DNA of 64,000 nucleotides from a virus (Duplodnaviria; Heunggongvirae; Uroviricota; Caudoviricetes): IMG/VR virus record IMGVR_UViG_3300010882_000011, positions 1 to 64,000 of that record; one strand, 5' to 3'. Shown piece by piece: positions 8,422 to 18,623 of this stretch (position 1 is its first letter; each line of letters starts with the position of its first letter). The notes under the pieces were generated by a model. It saw only the letters and a program-made list of their open reading frames with translations, ran no database searches and was not told where the DNA came from. The position numbers and the translations under genes were made by a program.

Positions 8422-10143
8422 CTATTTCGTTTCAGGAAGAGATTTCTTTCCGAATACATCGCTAATCATACCAGCAATTGGCATAACTTTATCAAGGATG
8501 TTTCCTGCAGTTTGTGCCCAAAGTGCACCACCATGCGTAGTATCCATAACTTGAACATTACCGAAATTCAATGATTTCATAGCGATAGCCTGTTGATCAG
8601 CAATATGGTTGAAAGTTCCCTCTGTAACCATCTTATACTGAACAGCTAATTGCGGATTTTGTTCTCCTGCTTGTACCATCGCGGCAAAACCTTCTGCCTG
8701 TGCTATTGCAGATGCTCTTTCTCCCTCAGCAGCAGCCAAACCTTTCAAGCGAATAACTTCTGCTTCCGCTTGACCTCTTGCCAAAATACCTTCGCCTTCT
8801 CCTTTACCCTGCAAAGAAGCTCCTTCCCCTATACCTTTACCTTCCAATACAGCAGCTTCTGAAACAGCCTGAGCGTTGAACACTCTAGCTCTCTTTTCAC
8901 CTTCTGCATTAGCGGCTTTAGCGTTAGCTTCACCTTGTGCGGTAATTTTTGCGGTATTAGCATTAGCTTCAGCTTTCTTTTCAAGTTCAAGCTGATATGC
9001 TTCTGCTTTTAATAATGCTTCTTTCTTTGCAATGTCGGCAGGTACAATTTTATCGGCAGTTAACGCCGCTTCGTTACGTTGAGCACGAGCTTCTTCTGCT
9101 ATTTTACGAGCAAGTTCCTTCTCCTGTTCAACTTTTGCCTCTGCCTGCACAACAGATACACGCGCTTCTTCACGTTTAGCTTCGGCTTTAACAACCTCTA
9201 CTTGTGCGAGTTCTCTGTTTTTTTCAACCTGTGCCAATGCTTGAACATTTGCAGTTTCTGCACGCTGCATAGCTTCTGCTCTGGTAATTTTTAATTCCGC
9301 ATCTTTATCAACAACAGTTTGTTCAGCAGCAATTTCACCAATACGACCTTCGGATTCTGCTTTCGCTACACTAATATCACGGTCTCTCACTTGCTCAGCA
9401 ACTTGAGAATCCTTTTGTGAGTTTGCAGTAGCAACGGCAACGTCCTTTAATTTATTAGTTTCGGCAACTGTAGAATCCTGAATTTTTCTTTGCTCGGCAA
9501 TATCAATAGCTCCTCTTTTATCAGCAGTAGCTACGTCAACGTTCGCCTGGTTAATGGCAGCAGCTTTATCACGCTGTCCCCAAGCAACAATCATGCCAGC
9601 CTCATCCTTAATGTCAGTAAAGTTAACATTGATAAGTTTCAAACCTATCTTGTTCAACTCCGTGTTAACCAACATAGTAGCTTCGGATATCAATTTATCA
9701 CGTTGCGAAATCAATTCCGCCACATCCATATTAGCAACAATTGCTCTTAACTGACCAAACACAATATCCTGAACAAGATTACTCAAAGTCTTCTCATTCA
9801 TATTCAGAATTCTTTCTGCAGCGTTTTGCATAATATTCGGCTCAGTAGATACACCAGCCGTTACTATAGCAGGAACTGCAACACGGATATTTTGTTTAGA
9901 AATGGCATCTGTCAAGTTACAAGTAATCTGGAATGGTTTCAAATCAATAAATGTATATCCCTGGATGATAGGCCAAATGAAGGCGGCACCACCATGAACA
10001 CATTTTGCGGATTTGTTTTTGCCAGTTTTACCATACACAACAAGAATCTTGTCAGATGGGCATTTCTTGAATCTTGATAAGATTGCAAAAATGGTTATTA
10101 AACCAAGTAGTGCAGCTGCACCAATAATGATAAGTAAATTCAT
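8422..10143 (-). CDS. SPFH/band-7 (flotillin-like) membrane protein
   Basis: N-terminal TM then band-7 core, followed by a very long Ala/Glu/Lys/Gln-rich coiled-coil (AEAK...EKKAEANA...) typical of flotillin/YqiK. Confidence 0.65.
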   Translation of the reverse strand: MNLLIIIGAAALLGLITIFAILSRFKKCPSDKILVVYGKTGKNKSAKCVHGGAAFIWPIIQGYTFIDLKPFQITCNLTDAISKQNIRVAVPAIVTAGVSTEPNIMQNAAERILNMNEKTLSNLVQDIVFGQLRAIVANMDVAELISQRDKLISEATMLVNTELNKIGLKLINVNFTDIKDEAGMIVAWGQRDKAAAINQANVDVATADKRGAIDIAEQRKIQDSTVAETNKLKDVAVATANSQKDSQVAEQVRDRDISVAKAESEGRIGEIAAEQTVVDKDAELKITRAEAMQRAETANVQALAQVEKNRELAQVEVVKAEAKREEARVSVVQAEAKVEQEKELARKIAEEARAQRNEAALTADKIVPADIAKKEALLKAEAYQLELEKKAEANANTAKITAQGEANAKAANAEGEKRARVFNAQAVSEAAVLEGKGIGEGASLQGKGEGEGILARGQAEAEVIRLKGLAAAEGERASAIAQAEGFAAMVQAGEQNPQLAVQYKMVTEGTFNHIADQQAIAMKSLNFGNVQVMDTTHGGALWAQTAGNILDKVMPIAGMISDVFGKKSLPETK

Positions 10144-10148
10144 CTTCT

Positions 10149-10655
10149 TTAACTGTTTTTCTTAATAAATTTAAGGTCGTTTCTCTTTCCAGAGACGGTG
10201 ATTTTTTCACCAGTTCGTAGTTTTACTTCTTCGTTGTCGGAAGTGAAGGGTAACGTTTTCTGTGTTCCTTCAAGGGTTAACGTAACTTCACCGCATTGGA
10301 TTCCTTCATCATAGAAGTAAACCTCTCCAGGTGCGTTAGTTATTTCCTGTTCATAATCAATTTCTTGTTTGAGTGATTTATACACAAACCTATATAACCA
10401 TCCAAGTATAACCACGAAGGCTATACCGACTGCTACTGCTATTGCCCATACGGCAACAGTAGATGCAGTCCCGAATAATGTTAAGGTTAATGTTACTCCA
10501 ATAACGAAGTGGATTATTCCTTTCAAGGAGAAAATATCTCCAAATCCAAAGTCGTGATCGAAGTCTAAATCAAAATCTCCTAAGAAAAATGACATGAAAA
10601 CCTGTAGCACCAGGATAATGCAACAGGCAATTAAGGCAATTGTGTACCAAGCCAT
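10149..10655 (-). CDS. NfeD-like membrane protein (partner of the SPFH protein)
   Basis: Several N-terminal TM helices plus a C-terminal soluble beta-rich domain; 6 nt downstream of the SPFH gene, the classic NfeD-SPFH arrangement. Confidence 0.5.
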   Translation of the reverse strand: MAWYTIALIACCIILVLQVFMSFFLGDFDLDFDHDFGFGDIFSLKGIIHFVIGVTLTLTLFGTASTVAVWAIAVAVGIAFVVILGWLYRFVYKSLKQEIDYEQEITNAPGEVYFYDEGIQCGEVTLTLEGTQKTLPFTSDNEEVKLRTGEKITVSGKRNDLKFIKKNS

Positions 10656-10658
10656 AGT

Positions 10659-11339
10659 TTAAGATATTTTAATAATTTCGTTGTCAATAAGATAAAATAT
10701 TTCTCGGCAATCAAGACAAGCCATATTTCCGTTAAAGAATACAGGGTCTTTCTCTTGCTGGCTATGCCCAAAAATTTGGTGTATATCCTCCCTCCATGGA
10801 AGTAGGACTTCATGCTCTGAAACGTCAGCCCAAATAGGGCTACCAGATTTGTGCCATCCACCTCTAACATAACCTACCTCAAAGAAAGCCTTCGGAGTAG
10901 TTTTGTATAGATCATTAATAGATTGCTCAATAGGTAAACCTGGTTGAAGATGAGCATCTCCCCAATTTTTAGTTACTCCCGCATGTGTAAACAAGTGAGT
11001 ACCATTGTGGAAGTAAGCTGCTTGGAACAATTCAAGATCGTCAGTAAATAATGCGTTATACCTTTCAAAGTATTCATCGTCATAACGACTAGCTCTGTAG
11101 GCTGGATGCAAATAGTGAAAATCATGGTTCCCCCATAGCAGTATAACTCTATTGGGATTCTCATCTTTGAACTGGATTATGTCAACCAATTCGTTCAAAG
11201 CTTGGTCGTGGTTTATACCTTCATAATGATACGGATCAGTATAGTCTCCTAAGAAAACTATCTTATCAGCATCAGATGTAAGGGCTTCTCTCCAGAATGT
11301 CCGACCATGAACATCTGGAATTATCATTACTTTTTCCAT
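10659..11339 (-). CDS. calcineurin-like metallophosphoesterase (lambda phosphatase-type Ser/Thr phosphatase)
   Basis: PPP-family motifs IIPDVHG, FLGDYTDPY and LWGNHDFHY (GDxHG / GDxxDRG / GNHE). Confidence 0.75.
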   Translation of the reverse strand: MEKVMIIPDVHGRTFWREALTSDADKIVFLGDYTDPYHYEGINHDQALNELVDIIQFKDENPNRVILLWGNHDFHYLHPAYRASRYDDEYFERYNALFTDDLELFQAAYFHNGTHLFTHAGVTKNWGDAHLQPGLPIEQSINDLYKTTPKAFFEVGYVRGGWHKSGSPIWADVSEHEVLLPWREDIHQIFGHSQQEKDPVFFNGNMACLDCREIFYLIDNEIIKIS

Positions 11340-11560
11340 TCTTCGAGCTCCTTTCTAAAACGTTGTGTACAATACTTACAATTACCTTTATGAGCAACGC
11401 TACCGCGATATCCGTCCCAGTATCTGATATATTCACAACTGTCAATTTCAATAATTTCTAGTGTTCCAGCAATTTTAACTGTGGACTTAAGTGGAGTCCC
11501 CGATTCATAGGTACATGCTACAAAGAATAAACTGAGCAGTATAAATAATAGTTTTTTCAT
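11327..11560 (-). CDS. small lipoprotein
   Basis: MKKLLFILLSLFFVAC signal peptide with lipobox Cys. Confidence 0.5.
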   Translation of the reverse strand: MKKLLFILLSLFFVACTYESGTPLKSTVKIAGTLEIIEIDSCEYIRYWDGYRGSVAHKGNCKYCTQRFRKELEEWKK

Positions 11561-11562
11561 AA

Positions 11563-11859
11563 TTATTTGGCAATATTAATTTGTCGTTTATATTGTAAAG
11601 GAACCTCTTCACCTTCATCCCATTCAATACCAACCCAGAATTCTATGTCATCAATATCTAAACATACTTTCAAATCGGTTGTAAAGGATGGCATAATATT
11701 CTCGGTTAATTGTTCTACATTGAGTATGTAAGATGGTAGTATAAGGCAAAAATGCCAGAAATCGTCTATAGTGTCAAAGATTATTCTACTTCCCACAACA
11801 GAATATTCCGTACAGGCATCCTCAACAACTCTTACTAATCGTTCTTTTAAGCTTTCCAT
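11563..11859 (-). CDS. hypothetical protein
   Basis: Track ORF of 98 aa with TAA stop. Confidence 0.45.
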   Translation of the reverse strand: MESLKERLVRVVEDACTEYSVVGSRIIFDTIDDFWHFCLILPSYILNVEQLTENIMPSFTTDLKVCLDIDDIEFWVGIEWDEGEEVPLQYKRQINIAK

Positions 11860-12326
11860 TGGTATTTCATTTCGTAAGCACTATCAAGTATCACCATAAC
11901 GTGTTCAGAACGTCTTTCAGTTATCTTAAATCCCATCTTCTCATACAAGTAGATAGCATTATAGTTAGTTTTGTTAACCTGTAAAACAACTTCACTTCCC
12001 CATGGAATCCGTTTAAAAGCATGTCTAAATAGAGTAGTCATATATCCTCTTCTACGAAAATATTTATTCGTTTCGACGCCATATACAACATAAATGAAGT
12101 CTTGACCATCATCTTCCCTCTCTATGGCTAAAGATGCAACTGGTCGATCATAGCACGTTGTGCCTTTGTCTCGGTAATGTGCAGCTGCTGATATTGCAGT
12201 TACAATCCTACCGTGAAATGTTATTCCGTAATACATAATTAAGAAAATAGTTATAAACAAGAAGTATAATAGAAACAAAAATGATAGCGAGGACAAGAAC
12301 CAGTTCGGCGGCGAAAGCAAGAACAC
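11847..12326 (-). CDS. GNAT-family N-acetyltransferase
   Basis: ...GYMTTLFRHAFKRIPWGSEVVLQVNKTNYNAIYLYEKMGFKI resembles GNAT motifs A and B. Confidence 0.5.
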   Translation of the reverse strand: MFLLSPPNWFLSSLSFLFLLYFLFITIFLIMYYGITFHGRIVTAISAAAHYRDKGTTCYDRPVASLAIEREDDGQDFIYVVYGVETNKYFRRRGYMTTLFRHAFKRIPWGSEVVLQVNKTNYNAIYLYEKMGFKITERRSEHVMVILDSAYEMKYQWKA

Positions 12327-12504
12327 GTGCCTGTTAAGGACTTATGTATGTTTGCCGAACTGAAAGTTTGAGCCGATGAGATCGGCAGTACGCCATAATG
12401 TACTAGCCAGTGGCTATTACGTCAAATTTTTATGTCTCTCATAGCGCCAGAGACAGTCTTCCGACTGCCACAGCGATATTAGAAAAAGATATACTTCTTG
12501 TTTA

Positions 12505-12545
12505 TATAAAAAATAAGTTAGACCTACTATATGGGCCAGGTCTTA
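12505..12545 (-). terminator. rho-independent terminator
   Basis: Hairpin agacct-N12-aggtct starting at the stop of the 12543..13466 gene, followed on the minus strand by TTATTTTTT. Confidence 0.45.
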
Positions 12546-13466
12546 TTTACCCATTTCGTTTAATTCCATAAACAGGTTAGCTAATGCTTCGGGAATAACA
12601 ATTTTCAACTTGCCAATCTCGTTACGCTGTACGTCTTTGAAAGTCGTATAAGCGTTAAAAGATTCTTTAAATGCAGCATTGTATGCTACATAGGCTTTGT
12701 TGTACACGTCATCCCGCTCGGTATTGATGCGATATTCTTCTTGTTCAATATCAAACTTCATTTTGTTCAATGTAGCTTGATACTCACGGTGAGTATTTTG
12801 AAGGTCAAAGAATACTTTCTCAACATCTTCCGAAGGTATTGAGGTAGTGTAGGTCGTGATAACCGCATCTCTTCCAGATCCACCAATAGTGTTCTGCTCA
12901 GTAAGACGTTTTTGATATTCTTTACGAGCATTACTTAGTGCACCATCAGGATGAATCAGTTTGCCTATTACAGCGCATTGAGTTTCAAGATAGAGATAGT
13001 TATTTCTTTCTTTAATAGAAAGAAGACCGAGCTGTTCCTCAAAGGTAGTCCCACCGAAGTCAGTTTTGCTTGGGCAAACTGGCAGAGTTGTCTCTGTTAG
13101 CTTAGCCCACGCTTCAAAGCTTAGGTGATCAATATATTTGAGTTCATTTTCTTTAGCTTTAATGGCTTCACGCAACCATGCGATTAAAGAATCATATTGA
13201 CCGATCTTTAACACAGTAGTCATTAAGAGACTGAATCTCTCAACATCCATTTCTTGCTTTAGAATTTTTGGCTCACCCGTGCCACTTAGCAATTCCACTT
13301 TACTTGTTACCAAGTTGAGGTTGCCAATTTCTTCACGGAGTTTTTGTGCCATTTCCTTTGCTATATTAGCAATATGATTAGCACTTGTTTGGGTTATACC
13401 CACGCCTTTATCAATGGCGAAAAATACTTTATTCTCTGTTTTCATTGTTTTGTTTTTCAGGGCCAT
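12543..13466 (-). CDS. hypothetical protein (307 aa)
   Basis: Uninterrupted track ORF with TAA stop. Confidence 0.55.
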   Translation of the reverse strand: MALKNKTMKTENKVFFAIDKGVGITQTSANHIANIAKEMAQKLREEIGNLNLVTSKVELLSGTGEPKILKQEMDVERFSLLMTTVLKIGQYDSLIAWLREAIKAKENELKYIDHLSFEAWAKLTETTLPVCPSKTDFGGTTFEEQLGLLSIKERNNYLYLETQCAVIGKLIHPDGALSNARKEYQKRLTEQNTIGGSGRDAVITTYTTSIPSEDVEKVFFDLQNTHREYQATLNKMKFDIEQEEYRINTERDDVYNKAYVAYNAAFKESFNAYTTFKDVQRNEIGKLKIVIPEALANLFMELNEMGK

Positions 13467-13659
13467 TACAGCACCATACTGTTACTAATGAAGTCGTAGG
13501 CACAAATACCCCTATTCCTTTGACGATTTCCCTTTTATAAGGAGCATCAAAATCGCTTTTACAGAATTGAACTAAATTAATAGCCCAACTCACAAGCCAG
13601 AAAAGAAGGAATATCAAATAAGATGTTGCAATAGCACATCCTCCATCTGTTTTACTCAT
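13429..13659 (-). CDS. small membrane protein
   Basis: Track ORF of 76 aa, hydrophobic. Confidence 0.4.
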   Translation of the reverse strand: MSKTDGGCAIATSYLIFLLFWLVSWAINLVQFCKSDFDAPYKREIVKGIGVFVPTTSLVTVWCCNGPEKQNNENRE

Positions 13660-13661
13660 AA

Positions 13662-14126
13662 TTATTCGTTTAATTCGTTTACTAAATCAAGAACTTTTTG
13701 AGCCTTCTTAAGAGTTTTCTCATTATCAGTCAGCTCAGGTTCTTTTTGCTTCGGAGCTATTTTCTCTACTTCTTCCTTGTCAAAGATTCCTTCTAAATAG
13801 AAATTAATCGCTTTGAAAGTATTCTCAGGAATTTTGCATACTTCATCGTTATTCGATAGGTAATTAATAGTAGCACCAACTCCGAGTATCGCATAGCAAT
13901 GAGCAGATTTTGGAATAGCAACTCCTATTGCGAGAAAGACAAAAGCTAATGGATAGACTAAACCTGGTTTCCATTTTTTGAAATCAGATATGCCTTCGTA
14001 AGATTCACAGGAAATAATAATTAAAGCAATTGTCCAAATGACAAGTGCAGTAATTCCTATTGCCATAAAAATAGTTTTCAATCCAGTGGCTACTGAACAT
14101 AGCCATAATACAAAATAAATTGACAT
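13662..14126 (-). CDS. membrane protein
   Basis: Track ORF of 154 aa with 3 predicted TM helices. Confidence 0.45.
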   Translation of the reverse strand: MSIYFVLWLCSVATGLKTIFMAIGITALVIWTIALIIISCESYEGISDFKKWKPGLVYPLAFVFLAIGVAIPKSAHCYAILGVGATINYLSNNDEVCKIPENTFKAINFYLEGIFDKEEVEKIAPKQKEPELTDNEKTLKKAQKVLDLVNELNE

Positions 14127-14127
14127 G

Positions 14128-14358
14128 TTAAATGATTTTTTCGTATGTTATAATTCGTTTATAGGTATCAATGTGTTCAGGAGGAACATATGTCCAGCTA
14201 TCACCTTCGATATTAGCTATGGGATATTCCTTTCCTTTGTTTTTACACAACAATGCTTCAGTATTGGTTTCATGAGCAGATATAACTTTACCTGCCTTCC
14301 AAAACTGATAGTCTGCGTTGAGGACGTTGATGTAGTCGATTTTGTTCTCTACAGCCAT
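14128..14358 (-). CDS. hypothetical protein
   Basis: Track ORF of 76 aa. Confidence 0.4.
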   Translation of the reverse strand: MAVENKIDYINVLNADYQFWKAGKVISAHETNTEALLCKNKGKEYPIANIEGDSWTYVPPEHIDTYKRIITYEKII

Positions 14359-14561
14359 CCTGGAGGATCATTAGGGATAAACAAGAAAAGAATAGTAACT
14401 AAAGGAAATATAGCTGATACAAAAAATGTGATTATTACATCAGCCCAGTCCCAATCGTAATTACGTACCTCTTCTCTTCTTTTTCTGATTATGTGTCTTG
14501 CCCAATAGTAGGTGCAACCTGATAATAGTCCCCAGATTGCTGTTATAATAAGTGTAGTCAT
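14349..14561 (-). CDS. small membrane protein
   Basis: Track ORF of 70 aa with 2 TM helices. Confidence 0.4.
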   Translation of the reverse strand: MTTLIITAIWGLLSGCTYYWARHIIRKRREEVRNYDWDWADVIITFFVSAIFPLVTILFLFIPNDPPGWL

Positions 14562-14564
14562 AGT

Positions 14565-14834
14565 TTAAGTTAAATTTAATAGTGGACACCAATCAGGAAT
14601 TTCACATTCCTCTTCAATATGATGAGGTCTGCAAGCTACAGTAATGTAAGGCTCACCCACACAAAGAGCACCATTCTCAAGTGTTCTAGGGTTATCTTGA
14701 TTTGCAATTGTACATCTTATCCTGACATCATCGCTGCAAAACCAATCATGTGGATCAGGATCTGCCTCAGCCATACTGTTAGGACAACGTGAACAATTGG
14801 TGACCGTTGTAGTTATTGTTACTTCTTTATTCAT
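14565..14834 (-). CDS. Cys-rich small protein
   Basis: Track ORF of 89 aa with multiple CxxC pairs. Confidence 0.4.
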   Translation of the reverse strand: MNKEVTITTTVTNCSRCPNSMAEADPDPHDWFCSDDVRIRCTIANQDNPRTLENGALCVGEPYITVACRPHHIEEECEIPDWCPLLNLT

Positions 14835-15507
14835 GCTTCAAATTTTTATAGATTCGCACATCACGAAGATGGCATAGTATTCCTAAGTCTTCCTTACGAA
14901 GAATTTCAATAATACCATTATCTTCCATGAATTTTTTAGAAAATGTCTGTTTTGCAGGAAAGCAACATGCATTGGTGTATAAGTAATGCCAATTAGGGTA
15001 TTGCTGATGTACTTCTTCAAGGTTCACATGGGCGTGAACACAGCAAATAGAATAAGGATAACCTAGTTCAAATTGTACATCACATGCATGATAAGGTCTT
15101 CTAATAGAATTATCTAGATTAAACTCCTCAAACTTCATTTTAAAAGGATATATGTTGCGCACATTAAACCGATCTTCCCATTCTTCAAACTTTTCTAAGT
15201 TAAGACAAGGGTCAATAGACCAATTGTGACTCTTTGAAAAGAATGCAAATATAGCAGCAGTTCTTGTATAAGTACCGTCACCGATATGTAACCAGTTATA
15301 ATTGTGTATCATACATACTTTCTTCAAGTTGGCAAACGCGGCATAAGATTCAGAAATTTCCTTTGCAGGAGATTCGGCATCCATAAATCGCCACATTAAT
15401 TCCTCGTAGGATTTTGATCTCAACACTTTATCCACGTAGCCATAATGCGGCAACGGGATAACTGCTGCTTGAGAGTTATAAATCACCCTCTGTTGTATAG
15501 CTTTCAT
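14827..15507 (-). CDS. hypothetical protein (226 aa)
   Basis: Track ORF with TAA stop. Confidence 0.5.
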   Translation of the reverse strand: MKAIQQRVIYNSQAAVIPLPHYGYVDKVLRSKSYEELMWRFMDAESPAKEISESYAAFANLKKVCMIHNYNWLHIGDGTYTRTAAIFAFFSKSHNWSIDPCLNLEKFEEWEDRFNVRNIYPFKMKFEEFNLDNSIRRPYHACDVQFELGYPYSICCVHAHVNLEEVHQQYPNWHYLYTNACCFPAKQTFSKKFMEDNGIIEILRKEDLGILCHLRDVRIYKNLKHE

Positions 15508-15735
15508 CTTTGTAATAAATTGGTTCTTTTAATAATTAAGGTGAGAAGAAATATTATTAGTATTTCATCAAGTGGAGTAAGGGCGCAAATCAAAAAGACC
15601 GCGCCCAATATCGATTCAATCATAATTTAACTGTTAAATAAAGTCTCTAGACCATAAATAACTAAAACACAGAGGCCAATTGTCCCTATGATGATTGTCC
15701 AAGTTGCGAATGTCATTGCTGTTCCCATATTTATA

Positions 15736-15911
15736 TTAGTCTTTCAATGAAGTCAATTAAAACAAGTAACATTGTGACAAAGTTTCCAATGGGAATAGCT
15801 CCTAATACAATTGCAGCAGCATACATATTGTAACTAGTACCCATTATGGCTAGCATTATATAAACTGCGATTGCAGGGACTAACCAGACTAATAACAAAA
15901 TTACTAACATT
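15736..15911 (-). CDS. small hydrophobic membrane protein (~58 aa; approximate coordinates)
   Basis: Minus-strand reading [24 protein letters not shown]...; below the track's 60-aa cut-off. Confidence 0.3.
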
Positions 15912-16164
15912 GTGTTCCTTTCTTTTTAGATTTTTCGTAAAGTTCAAATAATACAAGAGCTGTCACTACCATATTAAGTAATGGGATGATTATCATTAGA
16001 AGAGTAGGAGCATCGTCACCTAGTACTGCTGCAGCCCCGCGAAGCATACCTACTATACACAATAAGGCTGGAAATAGCCATAAAATAAGAAATATTATCC
16101 ATCCCATATTAAGCAGGTGTTTCGTTATATAAATTGTAACAGCACAGTTTGTATTTCTTACCAC
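15904..16164 (-). CDS. small membrane protein
   Basis: Track ORF of 86 aa with TM segments; TAG stop. Confidence 0.4.
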   Translation of the reverse strand: MVRNTNCAVTIYITKHLLNMGWIIFLILWLFPALLCIVGMLRGAAAVLGDDAPTLLMIIIPLLNMVVTALVLFELYEKSKKKGTQC

Positions 16165-16312
16165 TTCCGCAAGGACAAGGATCGTTCCTTCTTATCTTGG
16201 GAGTTGGTCTAACATATGTAGAGCAACCTCTCGGTGGAAACAAATGCGGATTTTGCATCATGTATGTCACCTCTGGGTTTGAATTGTGTATTAAAGTAGA
16301 ATAAGGATCCAT
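16109..16312 (-). CDS. SEC-C motif small protein
   Basis: C-terminal ...[20 protein letters not shown] matches the SEC-C zinc-binding motif. Confidence 0.45.
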   Translation of the reverse strand: MDPYSTLIHNSNPEVTYMMQNPHLFPPRGCSTYVRPTPKIRRNDPCPCGSGKKYKLCCYNLYNETPA

Positions 16313-16314
16313 AA

Positions 16315-16692
16315 TTACATATTTATAATTTCTGAATACTTAGATACCACATGATCTCTAACACTCTTTGGTAAGTGGGATTCCTTGTGCATTACACTGT
16401 TATAACAACATTGCAAATCATAAAAGGATTCTATTTGATATTCACAAAGGATAACATCCCTTGTTCTTATCTTCTTAGCACCACCCAATGAACGTATTAA
16501 CAGATCATTTACAAACATAATTGGTAACTGATGATTTACTGTATCTTTGAAAAGATTAACTTTCTTCTCAAGTAACTCACAATCCAATCGTTTGTAAGGA
16601 AATTCTAACTCCCCGTACACTAAAAATACTGTCGGGGAGTTATTGAATTTAAATTTTTGGACTTTAGTCGTTTTCTTCGCCTGTGAACTCAT
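16315..16692 (-). CDS. hypothetical protein
   Basis: Track ORF of 125 aa. Confidence 0.45.
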   Translation of the reverse strand: MSSQAKKTTKVQKFKFNNSPTVFLVYGELEFPYKRLDCELLEKKVNLFKDTVNHQLPIMFVNDLLIRSLGGAKKIRTRDVILCEYQIESFYDLQCCYNSVMHKESHLPKSVRDHVVSKYSEIINM

Positions 16693-17335
16693 CGAATTCG
16701 TCTTGATAATTGTTGATAGATTTTCTTATGTCATCACAAGCATCGGCTAAACCATGTTTGTAGCCGAGGTTATAGGCGTTGTCGTAAATTTCGTTCACCT
16801 CATCCTCAGTCCAAGTAGTTTTAGGTTCTTCACGAACAATAGTGCCGTCTTCCTCTATTTGGAAATCTTCCTTAGCGGATGCTGTTTTGCCTTCTTTCGG
16901 GTAGTCAAACAATCCTAGAGATTGTCCTATCGCCATTAACATTGAATGCATTATTTCATTAGGTACCACGGATGAAGGCTGAGTAGCATTTAAGCATTCA
17001 GCTACAAATTTGCGTTCCTCTTTCATTGGTTCTTCAACAACAGGTTCCACAACCACAACTTTATTGTAATGAGTTTTGGGAGTAGCACAAGGATTGCTTG
17101 GCCCTGGTGTATCACATTCGCTGAGACCAGGACAATCCGTACAAAGATCAGTCATTTCTACTGTAATGAATTCACCTTCAGCAGGATTTGCGTTGTACTT
17201 GTCAATAACTTTCTGGGGAATGCCAGGTAAGTTAAATCGTTTATCAGTAGCAGCTACAACTTGTTCTCCATCACAAGAAACAACGAAGAAATTGCCAGTT
17301 TCAGGACATTTTACAATTTTATGTATTCTATTCAT
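16664..17335 (-). CDS. hypothetical protein with acidic C-terminus
   Basis: Track ORF of 223 aa. Confidence 0.5.
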   Translation of the reverse strand: MNRIHKIVKCPETGNFFVVSCDGEQVVAATDKRFNLPGIPQKVIDKYNANPAEGEFITVEMTDLCTDCPGLSECDTPGPSNPCATPKTHYNKVVVVEPVVEEPMKEERKFVAECLNATQPSSVVPNEIMHSMLMAIGQSLGLFDYPKEGKTASAKEDFQIEEDGTIVREEPKTTWTEDEVNEIYDNAYNLGYKHGLADACDDIRKSINNYQDEFDEFTGEEND

Positions 17336-17361
17336 ATTTATATGTTTTAATTAGTTTAAAG

Positions 17362-17433
17362 TAGCGCTAGATGGGTTCGAACCATCGACTTTGGCATGAA
17401 AGGCCAATGACTTAACCACTTGTCGATAGCGCC
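17362..17433 (-). tRNA. tRNA, anticodon TTC by manual folding (Glu-type)
   Basis: Acceptor ggcgcta/tagcgct (G1-U72), anticodon stem ttggc/gccaa, loop CTTTCAT, T-arm gatgg-TTCGAAC-ccatc. Confidence 0.55.
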
Positions 17434-17611
17434 AGACAGTACCTATTGTTTCATCAGGACAATATGTACTTTTAGTTTATTGCACACGAAAACTAACAAT
17501 CGTCTCTCCACCTTCAGGATCTTAGGAGCAAATTATACTTCTCAAAAAGTATAAGTACCTACGTTCTTTTAACGGAAGAACTCCGCACTGCCTTCGTTGC
17601 CGTGCCACGAA

Positions 17612-17685
17612 TGGTACCCTCGCCAGGATTCAAACCTGAGTTTCTGGCATGAAAAGCCAGCGTCCTGTCGCTAGACGACAAGGGC
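17612..17685 (-). tRNA. tRNA, anticodon TTC by manual folding; CCA encoded
   Basis: Acceptor gcccttg/cgagggt, anticodon stem ctggc/gccag, loop TTTTCAT, T-arm tcagg-TTTGAAT-cctgg, 3' ACCA. Confidence 0.55.
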
Positions 17686-17960
17686 ATCGTAGAGCAATCA
17701 CTATCCTTTCCACAGGCGCGATTACTCTGATGTATTTCTTTCCTTCATGTAATACTCATGGTATTGCGAGTTTAAGAGTCCTGCAATGCGACTACACTAT
17801 TTCTGGTATAATTACCCATCGAGTTTTTAGATAACGGTGCATCTGTACCTATATCGCTGGTACGGTCGGGATCGTAAGAGAGTGAAGTCGGTCTTATGCA
17901 CGTCTGAACGAGTGAGGCTCTATAACCGTCTGCTGCCTTATTCAAGAATCGTCTAATCCC

Positions 17961-18164
17961 TCACCCATAGGGATTCTCGTTACTCTCTTGTATTGTAAAA
18001 CGTAACTCTGATATAGATTTGATCTTACCAGAATTACGTTCGTTTTGATAGATTTTTTCACTTACGTGGGACATGATGAACCCTAGTATTATCACACTAA
18101 TCAGTATGATAACGGCTATAGTCATTTCCCTACGGCTTGCTGGAGGAAATCGGTAGCCACGCAT
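17961..18164 (-). CDS. small membrane protein
   Basis: Track ORF of 67 aa with a TM helix. Confidence 0.35.
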   Translation of the reverse strand: MRGYRFPPASRREMTIAVIILISVIILGFIMSHVSEKIYQNERNSGKIKSISELRFTIQESNENPYG

Positions 18165-18340
18165 AACAATGGAGCTATGTATTCGTAATAATAAGCGTAA
18201 AGGATTACTCCTGTTCTGTACAGTCCACTTATCGGGACTTTATACAATTCGCTTGTCATGATCGAATACTTTTCTGTTTGTAATATCCACTGAATTGCGC
18301 CACTTCTCGGCAGAAGTACAGGATATGTTTCTTCCATCAA
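18122..18340 (-). CDS. hypothetical protein
   Basis: Track ORF of 72 aa. Confidence 0.35.
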   Translation of the reverse strand: MMEETYPVLLPRSGAIQWILQTEKYSIMTSELYKVPISGLYRTGVILYAYYYEYIAPLLCVATDFLQQAVGK

Positions 18341-18473
18341 GGAAGTATCCGCGATTGGTTTTCTTTAAGACACCATCGTTTTTGGTGTAATAAATTTCAA
18401 TGTACTTTTCTTTTTTCCTGACGATTTTGTCAGAAATTACATGGTAGTCTCTAATTTTTACTGAAGATTCCAT
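18240..18473 (-). CDS. hypothetical protein
   Basis: Track ORF of 77 aa. Confidence 0.35.
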   Translation of the reverse strand: MESSVKIRDYHVISDKIVRKKEKYIEIYYTKNDGVLKKTNRGYFLDGRNISCTSAEKWRNSVDITNRKVFDHDKRIV

Positions 18474-18623
18474 AATAAATATTTTTAATGATTAATAAAA
18501 AGCCTACATTTTTCGATAGGCAAACGTTAATTTTGAAGTGTTAGTCGTCAAGCATAGCAAGGGTAAACCAAACAGCTACAGTGAATACACAACAACCGAA
18601 AAAGAAAATAGAAAGGAATTCCA

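Noticed and set aside
12301-12480. Possible tRNA or ncRNA in the 12.3-12.5 kb intergenic region (9-bp stem cagttcggc...gccgaactg, further hairpins)
   Set aside because: No T-loop/acceptor geometry could be built. More likely a cluster of terminator-like hairpins downstream of the 12543..13466 gene.
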